Positions 33,799 to 45,530 of a DNA stretch of 52,046 nt are shown piece by piece (the first letter of the stretch is position 1; each line of letters starts with the position of its first letter). The DNA comes from Azolla caroliniana (lineage: Eukaryota > Plantae > Polypodiophyta), in the NCBI GenBank assembly GCA_043228905.1, contig JBHGNT010000212.1, forward strand, positions 1-52,046. The letters are read 5' to 3'. The notes beneath the pieces are model-generated. The model ran no database searches. It saw only the letters and a program-made list of their open reading frames with translations, and had not been told where the DNA came from. A program made the position numbers and the translations under genes.

Positions 33799-36700
33799 TG
33801 TTGGGATTACGGTCCCTCCGGATGGGATGATCGGATGTCCGGGAATCAGGAATGAAGACCCCGGTTCCGGATCCGGATGATGAAGACCCCGGTTACGGAG
33901 CCGGATGATGAAGAACCCGGCTACGGAGCCGGATGATGAAGACCCCGGTTACGGAGCCGGATGATGAAGACCCCGGCTACGGAGCCGGATGATGAAGACC
34001 CCGGTTACGGAGCCGGATGATGAAGACCCCGGCTACGGAGCCGGATGACGAATGTACCCGGAGAGAGATCCGGATGCGGGGACATATTAGTGAATATGTT
34101 TGCCAAGGGCCCTTGAGGCTGTATTTGTAAATAGCCCGAAAAGTCATATGTGTATAAATATGACTTAGGGCAAACAGTTTTGTAGTTGTTGCTCATTTTT
34201 TCTGTTTTCCACTTAGAGGGAGCGAAGTGAGAGCAGCCGAGAGAGAGAGTGAGAGAGAGGGAAAGGAAGAGGTCGACGCCTCTGTGTAATACCGCCGCCT
34301 GTGGCGAGGACAGCGAGCTCAAGGTCGTCGCCTTGCAGCTCGCCATTGTACATTCACTGCGTATAGTGATAGTTGGAGTCTTGCACTCCCGTGGTTTTTC
34401 CCGTCTAGGGTTTTCCACGTTAAACCCTGCGCGTTCGAGTCTCTCTCTGTGTTTTTCGATTTTCTGCTGCATTGATCCATGTTTCCTCGGTTGTGGCCGA
34501 GAGGTGAAGGTTTGGAGAGCGACAATCCCCAACAATCTGGTATCAGAGCGACTGCAGTGCAGAAAATGGAAGGCGGCAGCAGCGGGCAGCCGGGGATGAT
34601 AGTGCTGAATGCGCAGAACTACGCCGACTGGAAGATAAAGATGGAGGATCTGCTCATTGTTCGGGACCTGTATGAACCGATCGACAGGTCGGAAATACCC
34701 AAGGGGGTACTTGAGACGGAATGGAGGCTTCTGAACCGGAAAGCCGTTGCAACCATTTGGCAATACGTCGACGTGAGCGTTCTACAACATGTGGCGAACG
34801 ACACTAACGCATATGAGATGTGGCAGAAGCTGTCGGGCCTCTACGAGAGGAAGAATGCGTTGAACCGGACCTCCCTGATGAGGAAGATAGTGAACCTCAA
34901 GTACCAGGACGGCGAGAGTATGGTGGAACACGTAAGCACGTTCATGGGATTCGTGAACCAGCTTGCGGCGATCAAGTTCCCGTTGGAGGATGCAATGCAA
35001 GCCATCATCCTGATGTGTACATTGCCGGCAAGCTGGGAGAACTTGGTGGTGACTCTCAGCACCTCCTGCACCAAAGATAACTTGTCTCTACAAACGGTAA
35101 AGACAAGCATTTTGAACGAAGAAGCGCGTCGGAGAGATAAAGAACCGGCCTCCGATCCGAAGATGCTGCTTACCGAATCGGATCGGGGAAGAGAACGGAA
35201 CCGGAGTCCGCAAAGACGGGAGAAGTCGGGGACCCGGTCGCAGTCAAGAGGAAGGCCCACATGCTTCCACTGTGGGAAGCCGGGGCACTTCCGAAAGAAT
35301 TGTCGGCATTACCGAAAAGACAACGGAGCCGACGACACCGATTCGAAGAAGTCTTCGGAACGGAACGGTGCTTACCGGGGAGCCACTGACCGGAATGGTT
35401 CGGATCGGCGAGGGCAGGACCGAAAAGGAACGACGGCACTCGCGGCAAGTGAAGAGGAGATCATCACCGAAGAAGGTGAACTAAACATTGCCGGCGATGA
35501 GACTACCTGGGTGGTCGATTCCGGAGCGTCGTTCCACCTGACCCCGGAAAGAAGATACTTCTCATCCTACACAGCCGGTGAGCATGGCTGTGTTCGGATG
35601 GGAAATGAAGGTACGTGCCGGATTGCCGGCATAGGAGACGTGTGGTTGACAACCTCGACCGGATGCAAAATGTTGCTGAAGGATGTCCGACACGTTCCGG
35701 AGGTTCGATTGAACCTGATTTCGGCCGGGAGGCTAGACGATGAAGGCTACACAGGTAGCATCCGGAACTGCGTAATGAAGTTCAGCAAGGGGAGCCTGAT
35801 AGTGGCTCGGGCCCGGAAAGTCAACACACTGTACCTTATGAATGCCTGGTTGTGTCCGGAGGAGTTGAACGTGGCAGCCGACACTGCCGGTGAGCTGTGG
35901 CACAAGAGACTGTGCCACATGAGTGAGAAGGGGATGAAGAGGCTTGCAGAAGACAACCTTATTCCAGTGAAGCATGTGCACCTGGAGAAGTGCACCGATT
36001 GCCTGGCCGGTAAGCAGAACCGAACCTCCTTCCACTCAAGGCCACCGACGAGACGTAGCGCACCATTGGAGTTGGTGCACACTGACGTGTGTCAAGTAGA
36101 AACGAAGTCACATGGCGGAGCCCAGTACTTCGTGACATTCATTGATGACCACAGCCGGAAGCTGTGGACGGCACCGTTGAAGACAAAGGACCAAGTGTTG
36201 TGCGTCTTCAAAGAACTCCACGCGAGAGTGGAAAGGGAATCCGGCAAGAAGCTGAAAGCGATACGAGCGGATAACAGAGGGGAATACCGGGGGCAGTTCG
36301 AGGAGTATTGTCGCTCGAAGGGAATCCGGCTCGAGTTTACTGTGCCGAAGACGCCGGAACTGAACGGGCTGGCCGAGAGGATGAACCAGACCATAATGGA
36401 GAGGGTCCGGAGTATGCTGGCGCATGCGAAATTACCCAAGGGGTTTTGGGCTGAGGCAATGTCGACGGCGACATACGTGATAAACAGATCACCCTCAGTA
36501 CCTTTGGACAGAGACACGCCGCAGAGAGTGTGGACCGGTAGGGAAGTATCCTACCGGCATCTGAAGGTGTTCGGGTGTCTCGCATATGTGCATGTGGCAA
36601 AGGACCGGAGAGGAAAGCTAGATCCAAAGACCCGGCCATGCATATTCCTCGGTTACGGCGATGACGAGTTTGGCTACCGAGTATGGGACCCGGTCGACAA

Positions 36701-39323
36701 AAAGATATTCCGGAGTCGTGATATCATCTTCATGGAGGACAAGACACTCGCCGACTGGGAATCGGAGAAGAAGATGAAGAGCTCCAAGTCGACCGGTGAG
36801 GATCAACTCTACGAGGAGCAGTCCCGACCGGCAAGGGACCGGTTAGCACTCGAGGATCCGGCCGAAGACGGTGAAGAAACAGAACCGGCCGAGGAAGATG
36901 AAACTGATACCGGAACCGGCCCCGATCCCGAAATGGATTCGGATGAAGAGGAAACGGAGGAGCCGGTTACCGAAGCTCCGGAACGGAGATATCCTCTAAG
37001 AGAGAGAAGGGCCCCCCGGAGATTTCCGGAACCAGAGCACGTGCTGCTAACCGACGAGGGGGAGCCGGAGAGTTTTGAAGAAGCAAAGCTTGACACTCAT
37101 AGCCGTAGGTGGTTAAGTGCCATGCAGGAGGAGATGGATTCCCTGCATGAGAACCACACATATGAACTTGTGGAGTTGCCGAAAGGAAAGCGGGCACTTC
37201 GAAACAAGTGGGTGTTCAAGCTGAAACCGGGAGATGCCGGAAACCCCCTGAGATACAAAGCCAGGATCGTGGTGAAGGGGTTCCAGCAGAAGAAGGGCGT
37301 CGACTTCGACGAGATATTTGCCCCGGTAGTGAAGATGACCTCCATCCGGACGGTGCTGAGCATAGCGGCAAGCATGGACCTCGAGGTAGAACAAATGGAC
37401 GTGAAGACGGCATTCCTTCACGGTGACCTCGAAGAAGAGATCTACATGCAGCAACCGGAAGGATTCGAGGAGAAAGGGAAGGAGCACCTGGTATGCCGGT
37501 TGAAGAAGAGCCTTTACGGACTGAAGCAGGCTCCCCGGCAATGGTACCGGAAGTTCGACTCTTTCATGACCGACGAAGGGTACCACAAAACGCAGTCCGA
37601 TCACTGCGTGTTTGTGAAGAAGTTCGAAGGAGGAGACTTTCTAATACTCCTCCTGTACGTGGACGACATGTTGATCGTCGGACGGGACCAGGTCAAGATA
37701 CGGATGCTGAAGAAAGCACTTCACCGAACCTTCTCAATGAAGGACCTGGGTCCGTCGAGGCAAATACTAGGGATGCACATCATCCGGGACCGGAAGAAGA
37801 AGCAGTTGTGGCTGTCACAGGAGAAGTACGTGACAAAGGTGCTTCACCGGTTCAACATGTCGGAAGCAAGACCGGTCGGGTCAACCCTCCCGGCAAACTG
37901 CAAGTTGTCCAGCAAGCAAAGCCCCAAGACAAAGGCTGAGAAGGAGGACATGATGAAAGTACCATATGCCTCTGCCATCGGAAGCTTGATGTACGCAATG
38001 GTGTGTACAAGACCGGACATAGGATATGCAGTCGGAGTGGTGAGCCGGTACATGAGCAATCCCGGCAAAGAACACTGGAACGCGGCCAAGTGGATACTCC
38101 GATACCTGAAGGGCACGGCAAACGTGTGCCTCCGATTCGGCTCCGGTAAGCCCGAACTCGACGGCTTTACCGATTCGGATATGTCGGCTGATGCAGATAC
38201 CAGCCGGTCCACATCAGGGTATGTGATGACGTATGCAGGGGGAGCTGTTTCGTGGCAGTCGAGGCTGCAGAAGACGGTTGCGTTGTCAACCACGGAGGCG
38301 GAGTACATGGCGGCTGTTGAAGCCGGCAAGGAAATAATATGGATGAAGGACTTCATTAGAGAGCTCGGTATTCGGCAAGAGGAGTACCGACTCTACTGCG
38401 ACAGTCAGAGTGCCATCCACCTTGCGAAGAACGCGGCCTATCACTCCCGGACGAAGCACATCCAGCGAAGATATCACTGGATCCGGGAAAGGATAGAAGA
38501 CCAGGAGTTCGTGCTGACAAAGATCCACACGGACGAGAACGGGTCAGATATGCTGACCAAAGTGCTCACACCCGACAAGCTGGAAGCGTGCCGGAAGAGG
38601 GTCGGACTGGAAAGACATCCCATGCCGAAGTGAAGGGGGAGTTTGTTGGGATTACGGTCCCTCCGGATGGGATGATCGGATGTTCGGGAATCAGGAATGA
38701 AGACCCCGGTTCCGGATCCGGATGATGAAGACCCCGGTTACGGAGCCGGATGATGAAGACCCCGGCTACGGAGCCGGATGATGAAGACCCCGGTTACGGA
38801 GCCGGATGATGAAGACCCCGGCTACGGAGCCGGATGACGAATGTACCCGGAGAGAGATCCGGATGCGGGGACATATTAGTGAATATGTTTGCCAAGGGCC
38901 CTTGAGGCTGTATTTGTAAATAGCCCGAAAAGTCATATGTGTATAAATATGACTTAGGGCAAACAGTTTTGTAGTTGTTGCTCATTTTTTCTGTTTTCCA
39001 CTTAGAGGGAGCGAAGTGAGAGCAGCCGAGAGAGAGAGTGAGAGAGAGGGAAAGGAAGAGGTCGACGCCTCTGTGTAATACCGCCTCCTGTGGCGAGGAC
39101 AGCGAGCTCAAGGTCATCGCCTTGCAGCTCGCCATTGTACATTCACTGCATATAGTGATAGTTGGAGTCTTGCACTCCCGTGGTTTTTCCCGTCTAGGGT
39201 TTTCCACGTTAAACCCTGCGCGTTCGAGTCTCTCTCTGTGTTTTTCGATTTTCTGCTGCATTGATCCGTGTTTCCTCGGTTGTGGCCGAGAGGTGAAGGT
39301 TTGGAGAGCGACAATCCCCAACA
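33799..39323 (+). mobile_element. Full-length, coding-intact Ty1/Copia (Tork/Tnt1-like)
   Basis: LTRs 33799-34534 and 38644-39323, TSD CATGT, tRNA-iMet PBS 34538-34549, PPT GAAGGGGGAG just before 38644. Confidence 0.98.
34566..38633 (+). CDS. Copia Gag-Pol polyprotein, 1355 aa, uninterrupted
   Basis: CFHCGKPGHFRKNC, VDSGAS, HHCC/DDE integrase, YVDD RT, and RH with TDSD...EAEY...CDS...DMLTK. Confidence 0.97.
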   Translation: MEGGSSGQPGMIVLNAQNYADWKIKMEDLLIVRDLYEPIDRSEIPKGVLETEWRLLNRKAVATIWQYVDVSVLQHVANDTNAYEMWQKLSGLYERKNALNRTSLMRKIVNLKYQDGESMVEHVSTFMGFVNQLAAIKFPLEDAMQAIILMCTLPASWENLVVTLSTSCTKDNLSLQTVKTSILNEEARRRDKEPASDPKMLLTESDRGRERNRSPQRREKSGTRSQSRGRPTCFHCGKPGHFRKNCRHYRKDNGADDTDSKKSSERNGAYRGATDRNGSDRRGQDRKGTTALAASEEEIITEEGELNIAGDETTWVVDSGASFHLTPERRYFSSYTAGEHGCVRMGNEGTCRIAGIGDVWLTTSTGCKMLLKDVRHVPEVRLNLISAGRLDDEGYTGSIRNCVMKFSKGSLIVARARKVNTLYLMNAWLCPEELNVAADTAGELWHKRLCHMSEKGMKRLAEDNLIPVKHVHLEKCTDCLAGKQNRTSFHSRPPTRRSAPLELVHTDVCQVETKSHGGAQYFVTFIDDHSRKLWTAPLKTKDQVLCVFKELHARVERESGKKLKAIRADNRGEYRGQFEEYCRSKGIRLEFTVPKTPELNGLAERMNQTIMERVRSMLAHAKLPKGFWAEAMSTATYVINRSPSVPLDRDTPQRVWTGREVSYRHLKVFGCLAYVHVAKDRRGKLDPKTRPCIFLGYGDDEFGYRVWDPVDKKIFRSRDIIFMEDKTLADWESEKKMKSSKSTGEDQLYEEQSRPARDRLALEDPAEDGEETEPAEEDETDTGTGPDPEMDSDEEETEEPVTEAPERRYPLRERRAPRRFPEPEHVLLTDEGEPESFEEAKLDTHSRRWLSAMQEEMDSLHENHTYELVELPKGKRALRNKWVFKLKPGDAGNPLRYKARIVVKGFQQKKGVDFDEIFAPVVKMTSIRTVLSIAASMDLEVEQMDVKTAFLHGDLEEEIYMQQPEGFEEKGKEHLVCRLKKSLYGLKQAPRQWYRKFDSFMTDEGYHKTQSDHCVFVKKFEGGDFLILLLYVDDMLIVGRDQVKIRMLKKALHRTFSMKDLGPSRQILGMHIIRDRKKKQLWLSQEKYVTKVLHRFNMSEARPVGSTLPANCKLSSKQSPKTKAEKEDMMKVPYASAIGSLMYAMVCTRPDIGYAVGVVSRYMSNPGKEHWNAAKWILRYLKGTANVCLRFGSGKPELDGFTDSDMSADADTSRSTSGYVMTYAGGAVSWQSRLQKTVALSTTEAEYMAAVEAGKEIIWMKDFIRELGIRQEEYRLYCDSQSAIHLAKNAAYHSRTKHIQRRYHWIRERIEDQEFVLTKIHTDENGSDMLTKVLTPDKLEACRKRVGLERHPMPK

Positions 39324-39829
39324 CATGTATGCATCAATAGTATGGGCTCCAGGTCTACCATCTTTCATGTGGACGCAATTAGAGAGACCTTTGGTGACGA
39401 TGTTATCACGTCAACTCCGAAGCAAATTGACAATACCACATGACATTATTAGAGCAGAGTTCAGTCTGCCCCCGATGTTAGTAGAAGCACTGTTTCAAGT
39501 GGTAGTTTTTATTCATCGGATACATAGCCAACCACAAGATAGGATATCCCGTCGAGCCTTTGAGGCATCCTGATCCCTACATGTGTCTGGAGACACTAGC
39601 TCTTGGTATAGCACTGTGGTGAGTTGGTTACTTGCAAACGACATAGACATTAATAACCTACCCCCCCTTAAGTACAACCATGGGACTGATCAAACTCTAA
39701 TATCTCATGAAGACCGTAATAAAGTGCTACGCCAAGAAATATGGCAAATTTACACTCGATATAAATGGATCACCCCACTAGAGCCACTCCCATCTAAAAT
39801 GTTATACTATAAGGAACACTTCTTGCACT

Positions 39830-42800
39830 TCTCTTGATTCTTTACATGGTATCAGAGCGATTTGGTAGCTCGATCTAGCCCATTCGCCTCATCATGATCG
39901 TGTGTTGTGCTCCACGCCGATGACCAAGAACCGGCTCATCTCTATCATAGCTTCGCTACATAGCTCGCATTCGAAGGAAGAAGAAGAAGAAGAATCGACA
40001 TAATGAATACTCAAATGGGGAGCGCTCTCCCTACCGAGAAGTTGGATCGAAACAACTTCGCATCTTGGGAGTACAAGATGCACCAATACCTTGTCGGACA
40101 AGGCTATTGGAGCTACATCAAAGGAGCGCATGAAGACTGACCCGCCGAAGTGGCTCCTGCATACGCGACATGGGAGCAAGCCGCAAGCCGCAAGCCGCGT
40201 GATGTATTGCTTGGCGACGTGTGTTCATGATCACATGCTCGGCTACATTCGCGAAGCCAAGACGCCGAAGGAAGCGTGGGAAAATCTACAAAAGATTTTC
40301 GCCGCCAACACGATCGCGAGGAAGCTTCAACTCCGCCAAGAGTTGAACAACATTCAACAAAGGGACATGTCCATCACGACATACACCTTGAAGATCAAGG
40401 AGCTTTGTGACTCGCTCGGCCCAATAAGCGTAAGTATAGATGATGATGAGATGGTGCAAATATGCCTCGGCAGCCTCGCACCACGGTTTGGCGCGATGCG
40501 AACCGCCATTCTAGCACGGGAGAAATCTCCCTCCTTGGAGCTCCAATCAATGCTATTGGTCTAAGAAAACCACGTGCGTACAAGGAGCAATGAATTGGAA
40601 GGTCACATGCTCTACACGCACTCTAATGGAGGAAGAGGAAGCGAACGAGCGAGAGGCCGATTCGGCCAAGGACAAGGCGGACGAGGTCCGACCTACGACA
40701 ACAACTCCCAATTTCGGCTGCAAAACGGAGGCCAACGAGGAACCTTCGCAAGAAGGGGGAGCTTCCAGTCCGGCCCGAGCCATCAAAATGCAACCGAATG
40801 TGGATATTGCGGAAAGCTCGGCCACCACGAAGAAGAGTGCCGAAAGAAGATGCGTGAATCGGCTTCCACAAGCCGACAACTCACGAATTACGCACACAAC
40901 TCCGACTATGAAGATTGTGGCGGAATGTATGCACACAACTCCGATCGTGGCGAAATGTATGGGCACAACTCCGACTACGAAGATCGTGGCGGAATGTACG
41001 CATACAACTCCGACCGTGGCGGAATGTTCATGATGAAACATAGAGCAAACTCTATGTCGGCCTCTACCTCAACTAGTGCCCTCAATCTGGAGGACGTATG
41101 GTTTGTTGACTCCGGAGCCTCAAACCATATGACATCCCATAAAGAATGGTTGCTCGAACTTTGAGAGCCAGAGCGACCCGGTTATGTCGAAACCGGAGAT
41201 GACACTACGCACCCGATTCAACACATCGGCAATATTCTGTTCGGAAAAGAAGGTAAGCAAAATTACATTAAAAATGTCTTGCATGTCCCGACCATTACAA
41301 AGAATTTGGTCTCTGTCGACCAAATTGTAGAGCAAGGGATGCAAGTTCGATTTAATCAAGGCAGTTGCTTCATCGAAAAAGAGGGCCGACTCATCGCACG
41401 CGGATGAAGAGAGGGCCGGATGTTCATTCTCGATTCACGCAAGATGAAATCCGCCATGTTCGCGAAAAACACGAAAGCTGACTCCGACATAGAGCTATGG
41501 CACAAGCGAATCGGCCACATCAATCTCAACAAACTCAAAGCAATGAAATCAAAAGGAGTCGTCATCGAACTCCTGACATTCAAAGAGAAGGAGATTGAAG
41601 GTGTATGTGAAGCGTGCCAATTCAGCAAGCAACACCGACACCCATTCCCGAAACAGCGGAATGTGAGCAAAGGTCTACTCGACGTAGTCCATTCCGACGT
41701 ATGGGGACCAGCGCAGACAGCCACATTCGGCGGATGCCGATATTACGTGCTCTTCATCGACGACTTCTCTAGGCACACTCGGATCTACCCGATGCGGGAA
41801 AAGAGCGAAGTGTTCGGACACTTCCAAAATTTCAAGAATGAAGTTGAGAAAGCCAGGGGTCGACATGTACGATGCCTTTGATCGGATGGCGGCAAGGAGT
41901 ACTTCTTGGACGATTTCACGGCGTATCTCCGAAAGGAAGGAATTCGGCGAGAATTCACTTACCGACACACTCCGCAACAAAACGGAGTAGCCGAGCGCAA
42001 AAATCGGCACATCCTCGAAGTAGCGTGGGCCATGATGAACGAGAAGCATATGCCCAAGTCGTATTGGGCCGAAGCTGCAAATACGGACGTCTACCTAATA
42101 AATCGGTGCACAACATCCGGCGTGGACGAGGTCACTCCACACGAAAAGTACTTCGGAAAGAAGCCGGACTTATCGCACATCCGGATATTCGACGCGATAG
42201 CGTACGTGCACATCCCCGACGAGAAGCGTCAAAAGCTTGACCCGAAGTTGGAGAAATGTATCCTCATAGGATACTCATTGGAGCAAAAGGGGTACAAGTG
42301 CTACAACTCCTCAACTCGAAAATCTCGAGTAAGTCGAGACGTCGTTTTTGACGAGTCCGCATCCTGGTATGCACCAGAGACAACTCCGACTCCGACTCCG
42401 CTCGACCCAGAATTCGCCGAACAAGAGATCGAGGATGAAGATCGCCTTATGCGCATATTCGAAGAAAGTCCGATCACGACCCGATTGAGCAGATCACAAG
42501 AGCCTTTGAGTTATCAAAGCACATCACGGCCTAGCCCGAAGATGGACAAAGGCAAGGCGAAAATGTCGGAATACGAAGACGATCGCTTCAACGACGATGA
42601 GTCGACTCACTCACTCGACAGTGAGTTCGGCGGTTTCGAGGTACCAATCGGAGCTAAGAAAGCCCTCATCTCTGCAAATGAAAAGCTTCGCCGATCCACT
42701 CGTGAAAAGAACCCCGTAAGCCGATTCGGCTACAACGATTATATGGCGTACCATTACGCCTTTATGATGAAGGTAGTGACAGTACGAGAGCCGGAAACCT

Positions 42801-44139
42801 TTTCGGAAGCTGCAAAGGACCCACGATGGATCGAAGCAATGAACGAGGAGATGCAGGCACTACGGAAGAACGAGACGTGGGATCTCGTTCCCACCTCACC
42901 ACACAAAAAGGCGATTGGATGCAGATGGATCTACAAGGTGAAGTATAACGCCGATGGCTCCATAAACCGCTACAAAGCTCGACTCATAGTGAAAGGATAC
43001 GCTCAGACGCATGGCGTCGACTACGCAGAGACCTTTGCCTCGGTGGCAAAGATGACGACGATGCGAACCGTAATTGCGATTGCCGCGGCGAAAGGGTGGC
43101 ACCTCCATCAAATGGACATCAAGAACGCCTTTCTACAAGGCGAATTAGAAGAGGAGGTGTACATGATCTAACCATCCGGTTTCAACTCGAGCACCCATCC
43201 GAAAGCTGTTTGCCAACTCAAGAAGCCACTCTACGGCCTCAAGCAAGCACCGCATGCTTGGCATTCGAAGATAACGCAATATCTTCATCAAATCGGCTTC
43301 CGTATGTCAAAATCGGACAACTCCCTCTACATACGAAGCGATTCCGCAAGTCCGATCGTCATCATCTTATATCTGGATGACCTAGTCATTGGAGGTGAGC
43401 ATCTCATCGAAATCAATAAAGTCAAATCCCTCCTTTCCAACAAGTTCGAGATGACGGACATGAAGGAGCTCCACTACTTCCTCGGCATCGAGGTAATTCG
43501 GACTCCGGCCGGAATCATGATCTCTCAACGGCACTACATCCTCAACTTGTTATACAAGTTCGGGATGGCTGAGTGCAAATCCATGGCAACCCCGCTCGAT
43601 CGTAATCTCAAACTAGATGCACACTCCGGCACCAAAGCGTGTGAGCCGACTCAGTATTGGCACCTCATCGGGAGTCTCATCTACCTCACGATCACATGAC
43701 CCAATCTCAGTTATCCGGTCGGTCTCCTTAGGGAATTCATGCAAACACCGCGTGATACTCACTTGGATTGCGCTAAGCGAGTTCTACGATACGTGAGTGG
43801 CACAATGGATTGTGGCATCCTCTACAAGACCGCGATGCCAATACGACTCGAGGGGTACACGGACACCGATTGGGCCGGCTACAAAGCCGATAGATGATCA
43901 ACCTCCGGATTTGTTTTCTCCCTCGGCAGCGGAGCAATATCCTGGAGTAGAAAGAAGCAACCTACCATCGCTCTTTCGAGTATGGAGGCGGAATACAGGG
44001 GCGCAGCCGTAGCTGCGTGTGAAGCCGTATGGCTCAAGAGGATTTTGAAGGATCTGGGCGTACCCATCAAGGATCCGACTTCCCTTTATTGTGACAACAT
44101 CAGCAGTATCTATCTGGCTCGGAACTCTGTGTTCCACGC
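39830..44139 (+). mobile_element. Decayed Ty1/Copia of a different lineage; 5' LTR almost wholly deleted, 3' end cut by the family-A insertion
   Basis: ...TTTACA then PBS TGGTATCAGAGC (39847-39858). Gag from 40003 (GSALPTEKLDRNNFASW), CGYCGKLGHHEEEC, WFVDSGAS, VHSDVWGP, YLDD, and RH up to NSVFHA. Confidence 0.9.
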
Positions 44140-45530
44140 TGTCGTGCCTTTTGGCGCCAGATCGTTTGCGTGAGTCGGTGGGAACCACTGGGGTTATGAA
44201 CTAGGAAGAGGAAGAATTTGAGGCGATTTTAATTATGTATATATTATTAGAAGCTTGTGAATCCCACAAGTAGAGTTGTTTTAGTTTGTCTTAATCATAG
44301 TAATAAATTGAAATAGTTTAGAATAGTTTAGAGTAGAAATAGAAAAGAGATCAAACCTTGTGAATCCCACAAGTATTACATTAATCAATATTTATGTAAG
44401 AATATGAATTTAGATTGAAAGAGATAGATTATATAAAACTTCGTGAATCCCACGATTATATTAATTGGTGTTTTAGGAAATATATCCAATTTCCCAAATA
44501 TTTTTCACACACCCATTACATTGTGCTCCTCATCCTTATATAGAGATGAGAGAGTCTTTTCTAACCCATGCATTTTCTCTAATTATAGACTCCGTGCTTT
44601 TCCTATAGATAGACTATATGCTTTATCTAAAGTGATTATGCTTTTTCTAACTTGTGCGTTTTTTTATCAACTATAGCGTTCATGCACGCTAGATGTGCAT
44701 GCGTAGCTTTTTCTTTTAGCATGCGTTTTTCTTTTAACTAAAGTTTATCCTACGTGAACTTACCTTTTTTTATGTGGGACATCAACTTTTTAACACGAAT
44801 GAAATGCTAGTGTAATGGTAAGACATTACATTATTAACATGGAGGTGCATGGTTTGAATCTTGCCCTATGCATGTTATATATATTTTAATATTTTCTACT
44901 ATTTATTCATATTTATTAAACCGGTACTTTATAAGTTTTTCACGTAGTGTACAAAATACACTGTGACACTCGCCCCCTCCGAACCCGCACATCCTCCGGT
45001 ATATGCCGAAGTTGTCGGTGATTGTTAGTCTCGTCTGTTTGTTCTCCGCATGGTTGGTTTTGTCGCCGGTCATTTTTGGTTGCCGGCTCCGATCAGTTTC
45101 CGGTTCAGTTCGGTTGCCGGCTCTATCCGGTCTCTGGTTACCGGCCCTCGTAATTCTTCGTTACTTGTTCTACCCTCCGTTTCTCTCGCTATGTCAGCTT
45201 TGTTTCTCCATTTTGAGCACATCCATTCTTTCCACCCGAACCATTGTCGCCATCCGATCCACCATAGTCTTCGTTCATTCTTTGCATTGCCATGAGTGGT
45301 TGTCATGGTCCCTTGTGGTCCTCTTGAGCATCTCGGCGTGTTGTCTCTCTCTGCTCTGCGCTTGTCTTCCGTAGGTTCTAACGCGTCGATGTCAACCTTC
45401 GAATATGCGCTCGTTGTTAGGTCCTTGTGTGGCTTTAATGCATGTTTCATTTCTCGTTGTTGCGCATGCGTCGTATTACGCCGTAGCGCATGCTTCGCAT
45501 TCCATCGTAGTGCAATTTCGTTTTGGCCTA
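44140..45530 (-). mobile_element. Second family-A element: 3' LTR (44140-44968), PPT and part of the 3' internal region; 5'-truncated
   Basis: Reverse complement matches 650-1699 in blocks. LTR termini TGTCAC...GCACGACA. Flank is ACGC (44136-44139). The 45530 boundary is approximate. Confidence 0.85.

Larger units (their letters stand above)
32803..39836 (+). pseudogene. Non-LTR (LINE) ORF2 C-terminal remnant, split by a solo LTR (33029-33748) and a Copia (33799-39323)
   Basis: Removing both inserts restores VEVVGSYVYLGVTF...YFLEPR|TKGWLFDSLVTPSLM|YASIVW, typical of the LINE RT thumb and downstream region. Confidence 0.75.

Noticed and set aside
33873-34040. 28-, 40- and 54-bp repeat arrays as CRISPR-like loci
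   Set aside because: They are head-to-tail units with no unique spacers, lie inside LTR U3 regions, and no cas genes are present.
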